From assembly GCF_009914755.1 (NCBI RefSeq), contig NC_060947.1: a stretch of DNA of 64,000 bases; one strand, 5' to 3'. The translations under genes and the position numbers were made by a program. The notes beneath the pieces were generated by a model. The model saw only the letters and a list, made by a program, of their open reading frames with translations, searched no databases and was not told the origin of the DNA. Position 1 is the first letter of the stretch. Every line of letters begins with the position of its first letter. Shown in pieces: positions 29,542 through 41,166 of the stretch. Source of the stretch: the human T2T-CHM13v2.0 reference genome, Homo sapiens.

Positions 29542-29765
29542 CAGAGGTCATCAACCTATGGCCTGTGGGCCAAATCTAGCCTAACTTATATTTGTAATAA
29601 ATTTGTATTGGCATACAGCCACACCAATTCATTTACATATAGTCTATGACTGCTTTCTCACTACAATAGTGGAACTGAGTAGTTGAAAGAGAGATCATAT
29701 GGCCCAAAAGGCCTAAAAACATATTTACTATGTAGTTCTCTACAGAAAAAGTTTGCCAACCCCTG
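29542..29765 (+). mobile_element. MER58A hAT MITE inside an L2 3' end
   Basis: ctatggcctgtgggccaaatctagcc ... gaaaaagtttgccaacccctg. Confidence 0.88.
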
Positions 29766-29819
29766 GCTAACGAATAGATATACAATACAGATTTGTTTAA
29801 TGAATGAACATACTTATTT

Positions 29820-30070
29820 ATTTAATAAACATTTACCTAGCACTTACTATTGTCAGACACTATTCCAAGTGCCTTGCAAATATGAATTCATTTTTTCCTC
29901 ATAACAACTCAACAACTCAATAAGATAGGTGGTGTTATTATTCCCATGTTAGAGAGGAAGAAACTGGGAAACAGAGGTTCAGTATCCTCACCAAGATCAC
30001 ACAGTTTGTAAGTAACTGAGCTGGGATTCAAAACCCAGGCATTTGGGCTCCAGAGCCCATGCTATGTACT
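29820..30070 (-). mobile_element. MIR SINE
   Basis: aaacatttacctagcacttactat...gaaactgggaaacagagg...gagctgggattcaaaacccagg. Confidence 0.85.
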
Positions 30071-30105
30071 CAGCATCAATGGACTATGGCTCAGACCTAG
30101 TTTGA

Positions 30106-30221
30106 GTTTTTGTTTTGTTTTGTTTTGGTTTGGTTTGGTTTTTTGTTTGTTTTGTTTTGTTTTGTTTTGGTTTGGTTTTTTGTTTGTTTTGTTTTGTTTT
30201 GTTTTGTTTTTTGTTTTTTGG
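30106..30221. repeat. (TTTTG)n/(TTTGG)n compound repeat
   Basis: Direct reading. Confidence 0.95.
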
Positions 30222-31319
30222 TGTGCTAATGAAAGAACTGCTGAGTGGCTTCATAAGGGGAAGGATGTGGTCAAAGAAGCAAAAGGAGATAAAGTGGCCT
30301 AACTCCACATAGCCTTTAGAACTTAGTTGATGCCAAGGAGATGCTAAAACAAATACAAATTAGCAAAGCATCATTAGGATCTCACCATAGCTAATGGAAC
30401 CAAGGAAGTTTTCTCCAAAAATGAGCTGAAGTTTTTATTATCTCCCTACCTGTGACTGGTTAACACTCTCATTAAAGCTTTCAATTCACTCTGAGGCTAG
30501 ATAAGTTTGTTTTACTCTCTTACATGGCCAAACGCTATACTTCTCCCCTGCCACAACTAATTGTCTTCCAATGCATCCCACGGTGGAACAAGGCACTTGG
30601 AATAGTGTCTGTTTGGTGCCAGTTCATCCCCCTCCAAAAAAAATAAAAAGCCCATAACTATAGTTGTTGTATTAGACAATTCTTCTTCCTGTCCCTGCAC
30701 TGCCTGCGCTGTATTCCAGCTGCCAATCAGGAGGATCAGCAAATGCCATCCAAAGTAGCATCTTGAGCTATAATGAGTCCTTGCTGCTGACTGGGCTCCT
30801 TTGTAGTATGCTGGAAGTAGTCAACTTGTTTGTAAGGCTTGGGAGACCTTGTACATGAGTGTGAAGGGTCAACAGAATCAAGATAGCTGAGACCTAAAGG
30901 TCTGAGAGAGACCAAGAGAGTCTATTCTCTTCTTGGTAAGATAAGTAGGATCCCAGGATACTACATCCATACTGGGGGCCTGGGCTAGGAATCTGGGTTG
31001 AGCTTGGGGTTAGATCTGCCTGTGGTGCTCCAGAGCTTGAACTCAAAGGTGATCTGACAGCCAGCGATCAGGGGAGAAGTTGCTAATGAAATTCAATAGA
31101 CAATCCAACTGAAGGGTCAATTCCAATGGGCACACTAAAGGGAGAGAATCTGGGCTCTGCAAAGCTAGTAAGAAAACGTGGCACAGCAGAAGAGAGCAAG
31201 AGGAGTCAGGACAGTGAGTCAGAGGTAGAGCCAATGGAGATTCCCTGAGCTCTTGGGATAGAGTTGCAGAAACTTTTTATTGGGTGACTTGGCCTTGCCT
31301 TTGAGTAGGGATGACCTAG

Positions 31320-31540
31320 CAACAGGCTGCCAGAATTTAAATTCCAACTGCCATCCTGGGCCACCAAGGAGTCCTGCTTATTAACTATGGGATCTGTGGC
31401 TAGCCACTCACCCTACTTATGCTTCAGTTGCCACATCTGTAAAAGGGAGATAGCAGTGTAGTACTTACCCTGTTGGGTTGACAAAATAAGATAACATTGT
31501 AAGTACTTAGTGCACATAAGCAGTGTATATTGCCTAATAT
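31320..31540 (+). mobile_element. MIR SINE (degenerate)
   Basis: gcttcagttgccacatctgtaaaagggagatagcagtgtagtacttaccc. Confidence 0.65.
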
Positions 31541-31872
31541 TTTTAAAGGACATCCAATTGGCTCAAAGGACAAGTGTAAGCCAGTTTCAGACAAAACCTG
31601 CATATTGCCCACATCCTGACTCAAAACCCACAAGCAGGTCTCCCAAGTAGGGGGCAGGGGCAGTGCTAGTGCTGCTGTTCCTCTGGTTGGTTCTGCAAAG
31701 GCTACCACTTCACAGGCCAGTTGGCAGCAGGAGTTCAGGGCAAGTGAAACCACTCTTTGATCTCAACTTTTGGAGGGGGTCTTTTCTCATTCCCAACAAT
31801 CTCTATTCCTCCAAGTGAGCAGGTCCTTCTAGCCTGATCCTGTGAAAGACAAAAGCTGCTTACATAGCCATA

Positions 31873-32133
31873 AGATATGGTTTGCATCTGCGTCCCCACC
31901 AAATCTCTTGTCAAATAGTAATCCCCAGTGTTGGAGGTGGGGCCTGGTGAGAGGCACTGGATTTGGTGCCCCCTCCAAAAGTTGAGATCAAAGAGTGGTT
32001 TCACTGCTGAGCAGATGCCAGCATCATTCTTCCTGTACAGCCTGTGAAACCATGGGCCAATGAAACATTTTTTCATTATAAATTAGCCAGTCTCCGATAT
32101 TTCTTCATAGCAATGCAACAACAGCCTAATATA
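31873..32133 (+). mobile_element. MSTA LTR with internal deletion and 37-bp filler
   Basis: gatatggtttgcatctgcgtccccaccaaatctc ... gctgagcagatgccagcatc...atagcaatgcaac; perfect 5-bp TSD ccata at 31868-31872 and 32134-32138. Confidence 0.9.
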
Positions 32134-32489
32134 CCATACAAACAGAAGTGCTCGAGACTTCATGTTTTCCACAGTCGAGAACTGTCAAGATTTCCCAAAG
32201 AAGGCTTGGTCACATCACTGGGAGATGTGGGAAGGTAGAAGGGTAACGTATGGATTTGGAAGCTTTATAATTACAGTGACATGGGGATGCTTGGTAGAGC
32301 AATTGCTAAAGAGAAGGCCCTGTCTTACATTACAGGCATCTTTGCCATCCTTTCTGTTTTGCAAAGTGTATAGGCCAGTGTTTCTCAAAGTATATTTCAC
32401 CTATTATTCTTCTGGATTCCCAAGTTCTGACCCATTAAACTCAGCCATCTGCATTTTTAACTAGCTCCCACGTAGATTCTGTTATTCTA

Positions 32490-33180
32490 TTTTATAATTT
32501 AATTTTTGAACAGATGATGTGTTCACATGGCACAACACTTTAAAAATATAAATGTATAGCATGGAAGTCTCTCTCCTATTCCTGTCCTCAGCTGCCTGGT
32601 TCCCACCTTACCCTACCCCCACCTGCCATAAAAATCCAGGTAACAACTGTTATTTATTTCTTATGAATCCTTTCAGAGTTTCTTTATCAAATATAAGCAA
32701 ATGAAGATTATATATAGTACATCTATATATAATATAGAGTCTGTAACACATATGATCTATAAAATATATTTTATATTATATACAATCTATTATATACATA
32801 ATATAGAGTATAGATTATATAATCTATATGATCTATATAATTAGTATAATAGTCTATAATCTATATATAATATATAGATTATATAAATATATATATCACT
32901 TCTTCCCCATAAGAATTAGCATACTTTACATACTATTCTGCACCTTTAAAAAATAATGTAATTTAAAGATCTTTCCGTATCTGTCATAGAGAACTTCCTT
33001 ACTAGTTTTCACAGCTGTATAGCATTCCATTATATGGATGTACCAGACCTTATTTAACCAGTTACTTTTTGATGGGCACATGGGTTGTTTCCACTATTCC
33101 ACTAATACAATCAATTGACATACTGAATTACCTTGTATACACATCATTTTGCAGATATAGGATACATTTCCAAATAGCAA
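32490..33180 (-). mobile_element. Old L1 (L1MC/ME-like) 3'UTR with AT-rich expansion, inside a MER5-like element (~32375-33230)
   Basis: gctgtatagcattccattatatggatgtacc...tgatgggcacatgggttgtttcc; MER5 termini cagtgtttctcaaag / ttaggaaccactg. Confidence 0.7.
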
Positions 33181-33299
33181 GTTACTTCTCTAATTGATTC
33201 TGGTGCCCACTGGAACTTAGGAACCACTGGCTTAGGGGTTGCTGATGTGATAGGTCTAATTTACATTGAATGAAGCCTTTATATTAAGACTCACAGAAT

Positions 33300-33460
33300 G
33301 GCAGAGCTGGAGAAGCCCTTAGATATCTTCTTCCTCATTTTACAGGTGAGAAAATTGATTCTATATCAGGGAAGCGATTTGCTCAAGGTTACACAGCATG
33401 TTGGTAGTAGAGCTGAAACTGGAACCCAGGTCTCCTTGCTCCTAGGGCAGTGTTCTGCTG
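33300..33460 (-). mobile_element. MIR SINE
   Basis: ctcattttacaggtgagaaaattga...gatttgctcaaggttacacagc. Confidence 0.8.
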
Positions 33461-33919
33461 CCTGTCATTATCATCAAGAAATAAATGTGGAGTGCTCTGT
33501 GCAGTATACTGTAATCTCTATCTGGGGCAAATAGGGGATGCATTGGAAAGGTAATGCAATGTAGTCTGTGCTAAATGCCAGATCTCTGTGGACATGGAAT
33601 AGCAGACTTTCATAAGACATCAGAATTAAACAGGTAAACTGTTCCATAAACTGTTTTGAGCTCTTGACTTCCTTATACAGAATGAAGAAAGGCCAGTGGT
33701 TCCCTATGCATCTAATTTAATGTAAATTCTGAGAAGAGCAAAACTTTTGTGTCTCTGTGCAGCTTCTTTAATGGGTTTGTTGGAGAAGGGAAAGTGTAGC
33801 TATTGACTTACTACTGAAGACCAAACTCCTAAAGAAGGTGACTTGGAGTTGGTAAATCTCAGTGGGGCCCATTTCTTATTCTGTAGATCCATTTCATGAT
33901 GTAGAAAAAGCTTCCTAGT

Positions 33920-34236
33920 GCCGGGCGCAGTGGCTCACGCCTGTAATCCCAGCACTTTGGGAGGCCAAGGAGGGTGGATCACGAGGTCAGGAGTTCAAGA
34001 CCAGCCTGGCCAAGATGGCGAAACCCCATCTCTAGTAAAAATATAAAAATTAGCCAGGTGTGGTGGCAGGCACCTGTAATCACAGCTACTCAGGAGGCTG
34101 AGACAGAGAATTGCTTAAACCGGGGAGGCGGAGGTTGCAGTGAGCCAAGATGGGGCCACTGCACTCCAGCTTGGGTGACAGAGCGAGACTCTGTCTAAAG
34201 AAAAAAAAGAAAAAAAAAAGAAAAAAGAAAAAGAAA
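33920..34236 (+). mobile_element. AluSg-like
   Basis: gatcacgaggtcaggagttcaagaccagcctggccaagatgg; 16-bp TSD agaaaaagcttcctag at 33903-33918 and 34237-34252. Confidence 0.95.
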
Positions 34237-34387
34237 AGAAAAAGCTTCCTAGAGCAAACCAAAGTCTTCCAGAAAAAATAAGTGGTGATTGAAAGCCCCT
34301 CACCCCCAGAATCTCTTCCCCAACATTAGAGATTTATCTTTTTCAGCTATGGCCTCCCTGAGATGCTTTCTGTCTCTGTCACATTTT

Positions 34388-34626
34388 ATTTATTTATGTA
34401 TTTATTTATTTTAGAGACAGAATCTTGCGCTGCTGCCCAGGCTGGAGTGCATTGGTGTGATCATAGCTCACGGTAACCACTCCTAGGCTCAAGCAACGCT
34501 CCTGCCTCAGCCTCCTGCGTAGGTAGGTAGGTAGGACTACAGACATGCACGACCACGCCCTGCCAATATATATATATATTTTTTTTTTGTAGTGATGGGG
34601 TCTCGTTGCCCAGGCTGGTCTCAAAC
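34388..34626 (-). mobile_element. 5'-truncated AluJ-like
   Basis: Right arm plus part of left arm; flanking ctgtcacattttatt / ctgtcaccttttatt TSD. Confidence 0.88.
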
Positions 34627-35385
34627 TGTCACCTTTTATTCATTGTGGAGGGAAGGTAGAATGGTGTTAAAGTAACTCTCATCAATCTCAAAGCTTTCCA
34701 AATCCTTTTATAGCAACTTCAACCTTGTTTTCAGTATCTCAGCCAAATAAAGGGGAAGTTTTTTGTTTTGTTTTTTTAACTAGGTTAATCATTTTACGGG
34801 GTATTGTGCAAACAGGACGATGGTTTGTTTGTTATGCTTATTTCTGATCTCAGAAGGAGCAAATATCCTAGCTGAAGAGTTCTAGACAGGTACCAAGGGA
34901 GCCTGGGATTTTGAGCTGCAAGGGCTGTGTGCAGCAGTCAGAGGAGATGCATCCTTTATGCCATTATCAGCCACTCTACAGTTCTAATTTTGATGAGAAC
35001 AAGACAATTGTTAAGCGAAGTGCTCCTTACTTAACAGTTTAATCAACCATAGCAGAAACAGCCTCCCCTTTTTCTGGTCAGCAATCACTTGTGTCTCCTG
35101 AGAGAGGGGAGAGGAAGAGAGAACCTTCAGAAAATAGCGGGTAAAAGCAGCTGAAGGAAATTAAATTTGTACTTAACAAAAAATCTCTGAAGCATGTATA
35201 GTCTAATAGAATCAAGAGAGTCTACAGCTGGGGGCCCTGCACCACTATCACCCACTGCCATTTCCAAGGGAGGGGATGAACTAGGATTTTTTCAGTCTCA
35301 TAGTGTTCAGCCAAGGACTGCTAGGTTGTTAAAATCATCTAACATCCTTCCACCGCGTCTTATATATACATCCTAGGATACTAGG

Positions 35386-35550
35386 CCACTGTTTCTCAAA
35401 GTATAGTCTTTGGGACACATCTATCAGAACCACCTGGAAAATTTGTTTTAAAACTGAAACAGAATTGCTGACAGTGGGACCAAGGGCATCTGCATTTTCC
35501 TTAATTTGACTAGGTAAATCTATCACATCCTAAAAGACAAGAACTGCTGC
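35386..35550. mobile_element. MER5B-like hAT MITE
   Basis: cactgtttctcaaagt...atcagaaccacctgg...atctgcatttt...aagaactgctg. Confidence 0.7.
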
Positions 35551-35899
35551 CCTTATGAGGATCCTTTGTTTGTCAGTCCCTGCTCCTTCTGTTCAGATGG
35601 TTCCCATGTTGTACACACATATTTTGATATTTTTAGGAAGGGCATGTATTGTTGGTCTCTAATAATGCCAAGTATATAAATAAAGAGGACATCCTCCCTG
35701 GATGGCAAGGGAGTAGGAATTCTTAACCCCAATTCAATGTATAGTCTTGGACAAGTCCTTTCTTCCTCTCTGGGTCTCATCTGAAATGAGAACCTAGAAC
35801 TGGACAATAGATAAAGACCTTTCTATCTCTAAACATTTAGAGGAAAACACCCAAAGTAGCCAACCTTCCGGAGCAATCTTCCCACTAGTTGCCTATTAG

Positions 35900-36275
35900 T
35901 TAGTTATATGTTCAAGTGCTCTAATAAGGGATCCCACAATATCTTATTAGATAGGTGATTCAGGGCTGGTATAAGGGTTTGAAGACGTTAAGAACACAGG
36001 CATCTTCTATCTCATTGCTCCCCATCTTGTCAACATTCCAACCTGTGGAAGGGGGGAGCTTGGGCAGAAGGAGGCATGCTTCTTTTAAGGGCACAGATTA
36101 GAGGTTACACGTATCACTTCTACTTATGTCCTACTGGCCAGGACCTAGCCACATGGCCACACCTATCTGCAAGGGATGTTGGAAAATGCAGTCTTTACCT
36201 GGGCTGTCCTATGCAGCTAAAATTCCTATTACAGTGGAAAATGTGAGAGTAGATATGGTGGGCAGTCAAATTACC
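35900..36275 (-). mobile_element. MLT1K-like LTR
   Basis: atcacttctacttatgtcctactggccaggacctagccacatggccacacctatctgcaagggatgttggaaaatgcagtct. Confidence 0.65.
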
Positions 36276-37349
36276 GTGCTTGTCTCTTTCTCCTCAAAGA
36301 CCCCTCAGTTCACTGGTTTGTTCCTCACTGGCTGTAACTAAGTAAGGAGGTTCTTGATGAAGTGATTAGGACAGAGTCCCATGGCCTGGTATGGAATGGG
36401 CTACAGGCCAGCCTCAAGTGGACTTTGCCTCCTGGAGGGGCAGAATATCTTTCCTTCAAAAAAAAGGCTACTGTCATCTGTGAGGTCTGATTAAGTAGCT
36501 GGATTGGGTCACCGATATATTTGAATGAATTTTATTTTTCTACTGAACTCAAACTATAGGCATAATTTCTGGGATATTGGTAAGAACTGATTGCTGTTTT
36601 CCTTTATTGTCCATCCATTTGTATCAACATGCATGTTATTTATCAGTATGGAGTATTATAAAGAACATGTGTGTGGGAATCAGATCAATGTGACTTTGAG
36701 CAAATTTTAACCACTCTGAGTTTTAGTTTCTTCATTTGTTAAAAGGCAGTAAAATCATCTAATTCACTAATTCATGTGTCAGAATCTTTGAACACACTCA
36801 GAATATTGCACATAGTAGGCATTCAATGAATATTCTTTTTATTAATACCAACAATAACATGGATACTTTATTTATAAGTGTCTATTATGTATGTACTAGG
36901 CATTGTGCTGGCTTCTACATAAATTTCTGGGTTGGCACATACATTTTTTAGTGTCTAGGAGTTATGGAAAACTCCTTTACAAATAGCTGCTTAATTAGGG
37001 CTTTGTGAACGAATGTGGGTTATTGCTTTCACTTAGTAGAGAGCAGAAACTTGCTCTGTGTCTAGGACAGGACTTGGACAGGTAAGGGTGCCAGGGGAGA
37101 GTCAACCAGTGACCCTCATTCGATGATAGTTTCCATTTATTTATTTGCTCAATAAAATTCAGTTTACTGTGCTTTCCCTTCTTTTTTGATACTTCACCTG
37201 TTGGCTCTATCAGAACCATCTGATAATCTCAGAAACGTAAGTCTTAAGAATCACATGTACCCCATAAATATATAAAACTATTATTTTCCCAAAATAATTT
37301 AAGCTTTAAAAAATCTTTAGCATTCTCCCTGTCTCTGAATCATGCTGAC

Positions 37350-37570
37350 TTTGAGACTAATCATAGTTTAAATGCCATCCAGCCATTTACTGGCTGAGGG
37401 ACCTTGGGTAACTCACGTCCATCTTCTGACCTCCAATTTCCTCATTTATGAAGTGAGTATATTAACAAAACCCACTTCATAGGTTTGTTGTGAAGACCAA
37501 ATGAGATAATGCATGCAAACTGCTTACCATGGTGCCTGGCACATAGTAATCAACAAATGTTGGCTGTTTT
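37350..37570 (+). mobile_element. MIR SINE
   Basis: cttcataggtttgttgtgaagaccaaatgagataatgcatg...gtgcctggcacatagtaa. Confidence 0.85.
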
Positions 37571-39737
37571 CATTCATGCATTAATTCATTCATTCACCAG
37601 GTAGTTGTTATGTGTTGGGAAATGATCTAGGAATGAACTAGAAATGAGCTAGGCCCCGTACCTTCCAAAATCTTAAAATCTCATCTCACTGGGAAGCCAA
37701 GGCAAGATATAACCTATGAAATGTTCAACATAAGGCTGAATGTGATCCATGACAAAACAAGCTCATGGGAGAAAGTGATCATTGTGGCCCACAGCAGTGC
37801 TTTAAAAACTTTCCTGGCTTGAGTCTCGCTTTCCCCAAACCTCAGAGCCTTTTTTTGGACTACAATTTGAAAATCAGTGGACTAGAGTGAATAAAACTTT
37901 GTTAGAGGGGAAGAGACAGGTGGGGCTGAAGCTGTGGACATATGTAAGGCAATAATGGAAGAAGAGCAGGCTGGGATGGGTTGCGGAGGGTTGAAATGGT
38001 CAGACAGATAATTTGGTCTTGATTGCTTTACCTCAGAACTTCCTAACCAGTGTGCCAGGATTACAGAAAAACCCCCAGCCTGCAAGCAACCTATTCATCT
38101 GTTTCTCACAGTGTGCTATACCAGCATTACCATTTGCTATGCCTGCCATGCCCTGCAAAGGGAAGCACTACTTTAGATTTCCCAGAAGCCACATTGTTGG
38201 GATGGGATTTTGAAGCATGCCCTGTAGCCAAAGGTAAAGATTAGGACATGGAGAGTTGCCTAATCCCTGAGTCATACTGGGGAAGATCCAAATCCAGGGT
38301 TGCTCTGCTTTTTTCCCCCACTACCCATCTATGGCAAAGAGCCACTGCCAACTCTCACTCTCTGTAAGCCCAACATCATTATTGACAAGAGAAAGGAAAA
38401 AGTTCAATGCCCACTCACACAACCCAGTCCTGGAAGGAAAACCTTTGAAAATAGGATCATAGTTCGTGCATGTGGAGCGAACTGGAAGGCTCTATATTTT
38501 GCTGAACATACTTTCTTTTCTCCTGGCCCTATGTAACAGGACCCCAGGGTTTCATGTCAGTGGTTTTATAAATTATTAAACAAAATAGATATTTGGTTCC
38601 TGCTTGATTGTGGTTTGGTGGGCTTTCCAGAATTTTCTCTTCATTAACTCTTTCTTTCTTTTCTGTATTTTCTTTTACATGACACCCACTCATATGGTAT
38701 CTTCTCTGTATTCCCAAGGCTCTTGATTATAAACAGCAGAAACTACTAATAGCTAACCTAATCAAAACAAACCAAATTTGTTTAAAGGATGTTGGGGGTG
38801 GTGGATGGCTCCCAGAATCAAGGGGAGGTTGGGGGGCCAGGCTTCGAAGATGACATGAACCAAAGGGATTTCAGAGGCCACCAGGAAGCACACGGCCTTC
38901 TTCTAGCAGGAACAATCTGGCCAGGATACTACAGCTGAAGATGAGCATTGCCCAAAGTATAATGACTAGATGCTAATCATCCCTGTCTCTCTGACAGTCA
39001 TTCCAGATTTATCGTTTCAGGAGTGGGGGAAGAGGGAGGATAAGGATCTTTATCCTACAACTCCTGTAGTTGAGGCCAGGTGCTGTGCCCCACCAATATC
39101 TTACATCTTAGGAGATCGCTTTCAAATAGGAAGAGGATGAGTGGTGGATGACTAACAAGTAAACCAACAAACAAAGCAATGTTCCTTATAAGCTCCACAC
39201 AGTGTTTTTCAAACTGCAGTTGATGACATATTATTGCAGATGATGCCATGTAATTGCATTGCAAGATGAATTATGCAAGTGTCTGATTAGCTTTTTGTTT
39301 TAATTTTAACAGTTTTATTGAAGTATAATAGACACAATTTCACAGTTTAAAGTTTGATAAATTTTAACGTGAGTAGACCTGTGAAAGCATCAACATAATC
39401 AAAATGATGAATATACAAATCACTCCCCAAAATTTCCTCAAGATTCTTGGTAATCTCTTGCCTCTGCCCCACCCTGCCTTCTATCCTGTCCCTGTCTTCA
39501 GGCAACCATTCATCTGCTTTCTGTCACTATAGATTAATTTACACTTGCTGGCATTTTATGTAAAGGGAATAATATAGTGTGTACTCTTTGTATGGGTTAT
39601 TTCACTCAGCATAATTATTTTGAGATTCATCATTGTTGTTATCTACAGTTCATTCCCTTTTGTTGATGAATTGTAGTTCATTGTATGGATACAGTACAAT
39701 TTGTCTATTCATCCACCTTTTGATGGATATTTGGGTG

Positions 39738-40152
39738 TGTGATGATCCGTTTTAGATGTCAAACTTGGCTAGGCTATAGTCCCAAATTATTTGATTAAAC
39801 ATGAATCTAGGTGTTGCAATACAAGTATTTTGTAAATGTGATTAATATTCACAATCAGTGGACTTTGGGTAAAGGAGATCATCCTAGATCATCTGGGTGG
39901 CCCTGATTCAGTCAGTTGAAAGGCCCTGAGAACAAAACTGAGGCTTCCCTGAAGAAGAAATTCCACTTGTGGACTGCAACTTCAGCTATTGCCCGGAGTT
40001 TCAGCCTGCCCTTCCCAATGGCCTGCTCTGTGGATTTGGGACTTACCTATCCAGCCCCACAATTACATAAGTTGATTACTATGATAAATCCCTTAATATA
40101 CTGTATGTGCCCTACTGGTTCTGTTTCTTTAGTTGAATGCTAACTGATAGCA
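39738..40152 (+). mobile_element. MLT2D-like (ERVL) LTR inside L1
   Basis: atgtcaaacttggctaggcta...cagtcagttgaaaggcc...cctactggttctgtttct. Confidence 0.85.
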
Positions 40153-41036
40153 TGTTGTTTCCAGTTTTTAGGTATTACAAATCAAACTCATGTGAACATT
40201 TGTGTACATGTCTTTGTATGGAAGTACATCTCCTTTCTTGTGGATAAATACTTCAGAGTAGAATAGCTGAATTATATGGTATGTATTTATATTTTTAAGG
40301 CAATGATAAACTTTTTCCTGAATTGGTTCCATTTTACGTTTTTATCAGCAATGTATAAATCTTCCGTTTTCTTCACATCCTCGCCAACACTTGGCATGGT
40401 CAGTCTTTTAATTTTAGACATTCTAATATGTGAGGGGTGGTTTCTCATTGTGATTTTAATTTGCATTCCCTTAATGACTGATAATGGTGAGCATCTTTTC
40501 ATGCACTTGTTTGCCAGATGTATATCATCTTTGGTGATGTGTCTATTCAAATCTTATTCCCACTTTAAAAATTGGATTAGGTTCTTATTATGGATTTTGA
40601 GAGATTTTATATGTTCTAGATACAAATTCTTTATCAGACATATTATTTGCAAATATTTTTCCCATCTGTCAATTGTTTTTCCATTCTTTTAACAGTATCT
40701 TTAGATGAGCAGAAGTTTTTAATTTTGGTGAAATCAAATTTTTCAATTTTTTTCTCTGATGAATCATTTTTTCATGTCATACCTAAGAAATCATTCCCTA
40801 ATCCAAAGTCACAAATATTTTCTCCTATGTTTTCTTCTAGAACTTTTAGTTTTAGGTTTTCTCTTTTACATTTAGGTCTATGATCCATTTTTAGTTAATT
40901 TTTATATACATAGTGGGATATGAATCAAAGTTTATTTTTATGCATTTGGATAGCTAACTTTTTCAGTACCATTTGTTGAAAAGACTACACTTTTTCCACT
41001 GAAATGCTTTTGCAGCTTTGTCAAAAATCAGTTGTT

Positions 41037-41166
41037 GCTATCTTGGTGCAGTGGTGTGTACCTGTAATCCCAGCTACTCAGGAGGCTGAGGCAGGAGGAT
41101 TGTCTGAGGCCAGGAGTTTGAAACCAGCCTGGGCAATGGGCAACATAGCAAGACCCCATCTCTCAA
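41037..41166 (+). mobile_element. FLAM_A monomer
   Basis: Monomeric Alu; 14-bp TSD aaaaatcagttgtt at 41023-41036 and 41167-41180. Confidence 0.85.

Noticed and set aside
30557-30742. ORF with signal-peptide-like start (LILLIGSWNTAQA)
   Set aside because: Non-ATG start, no recognisable family and no supported exon structure
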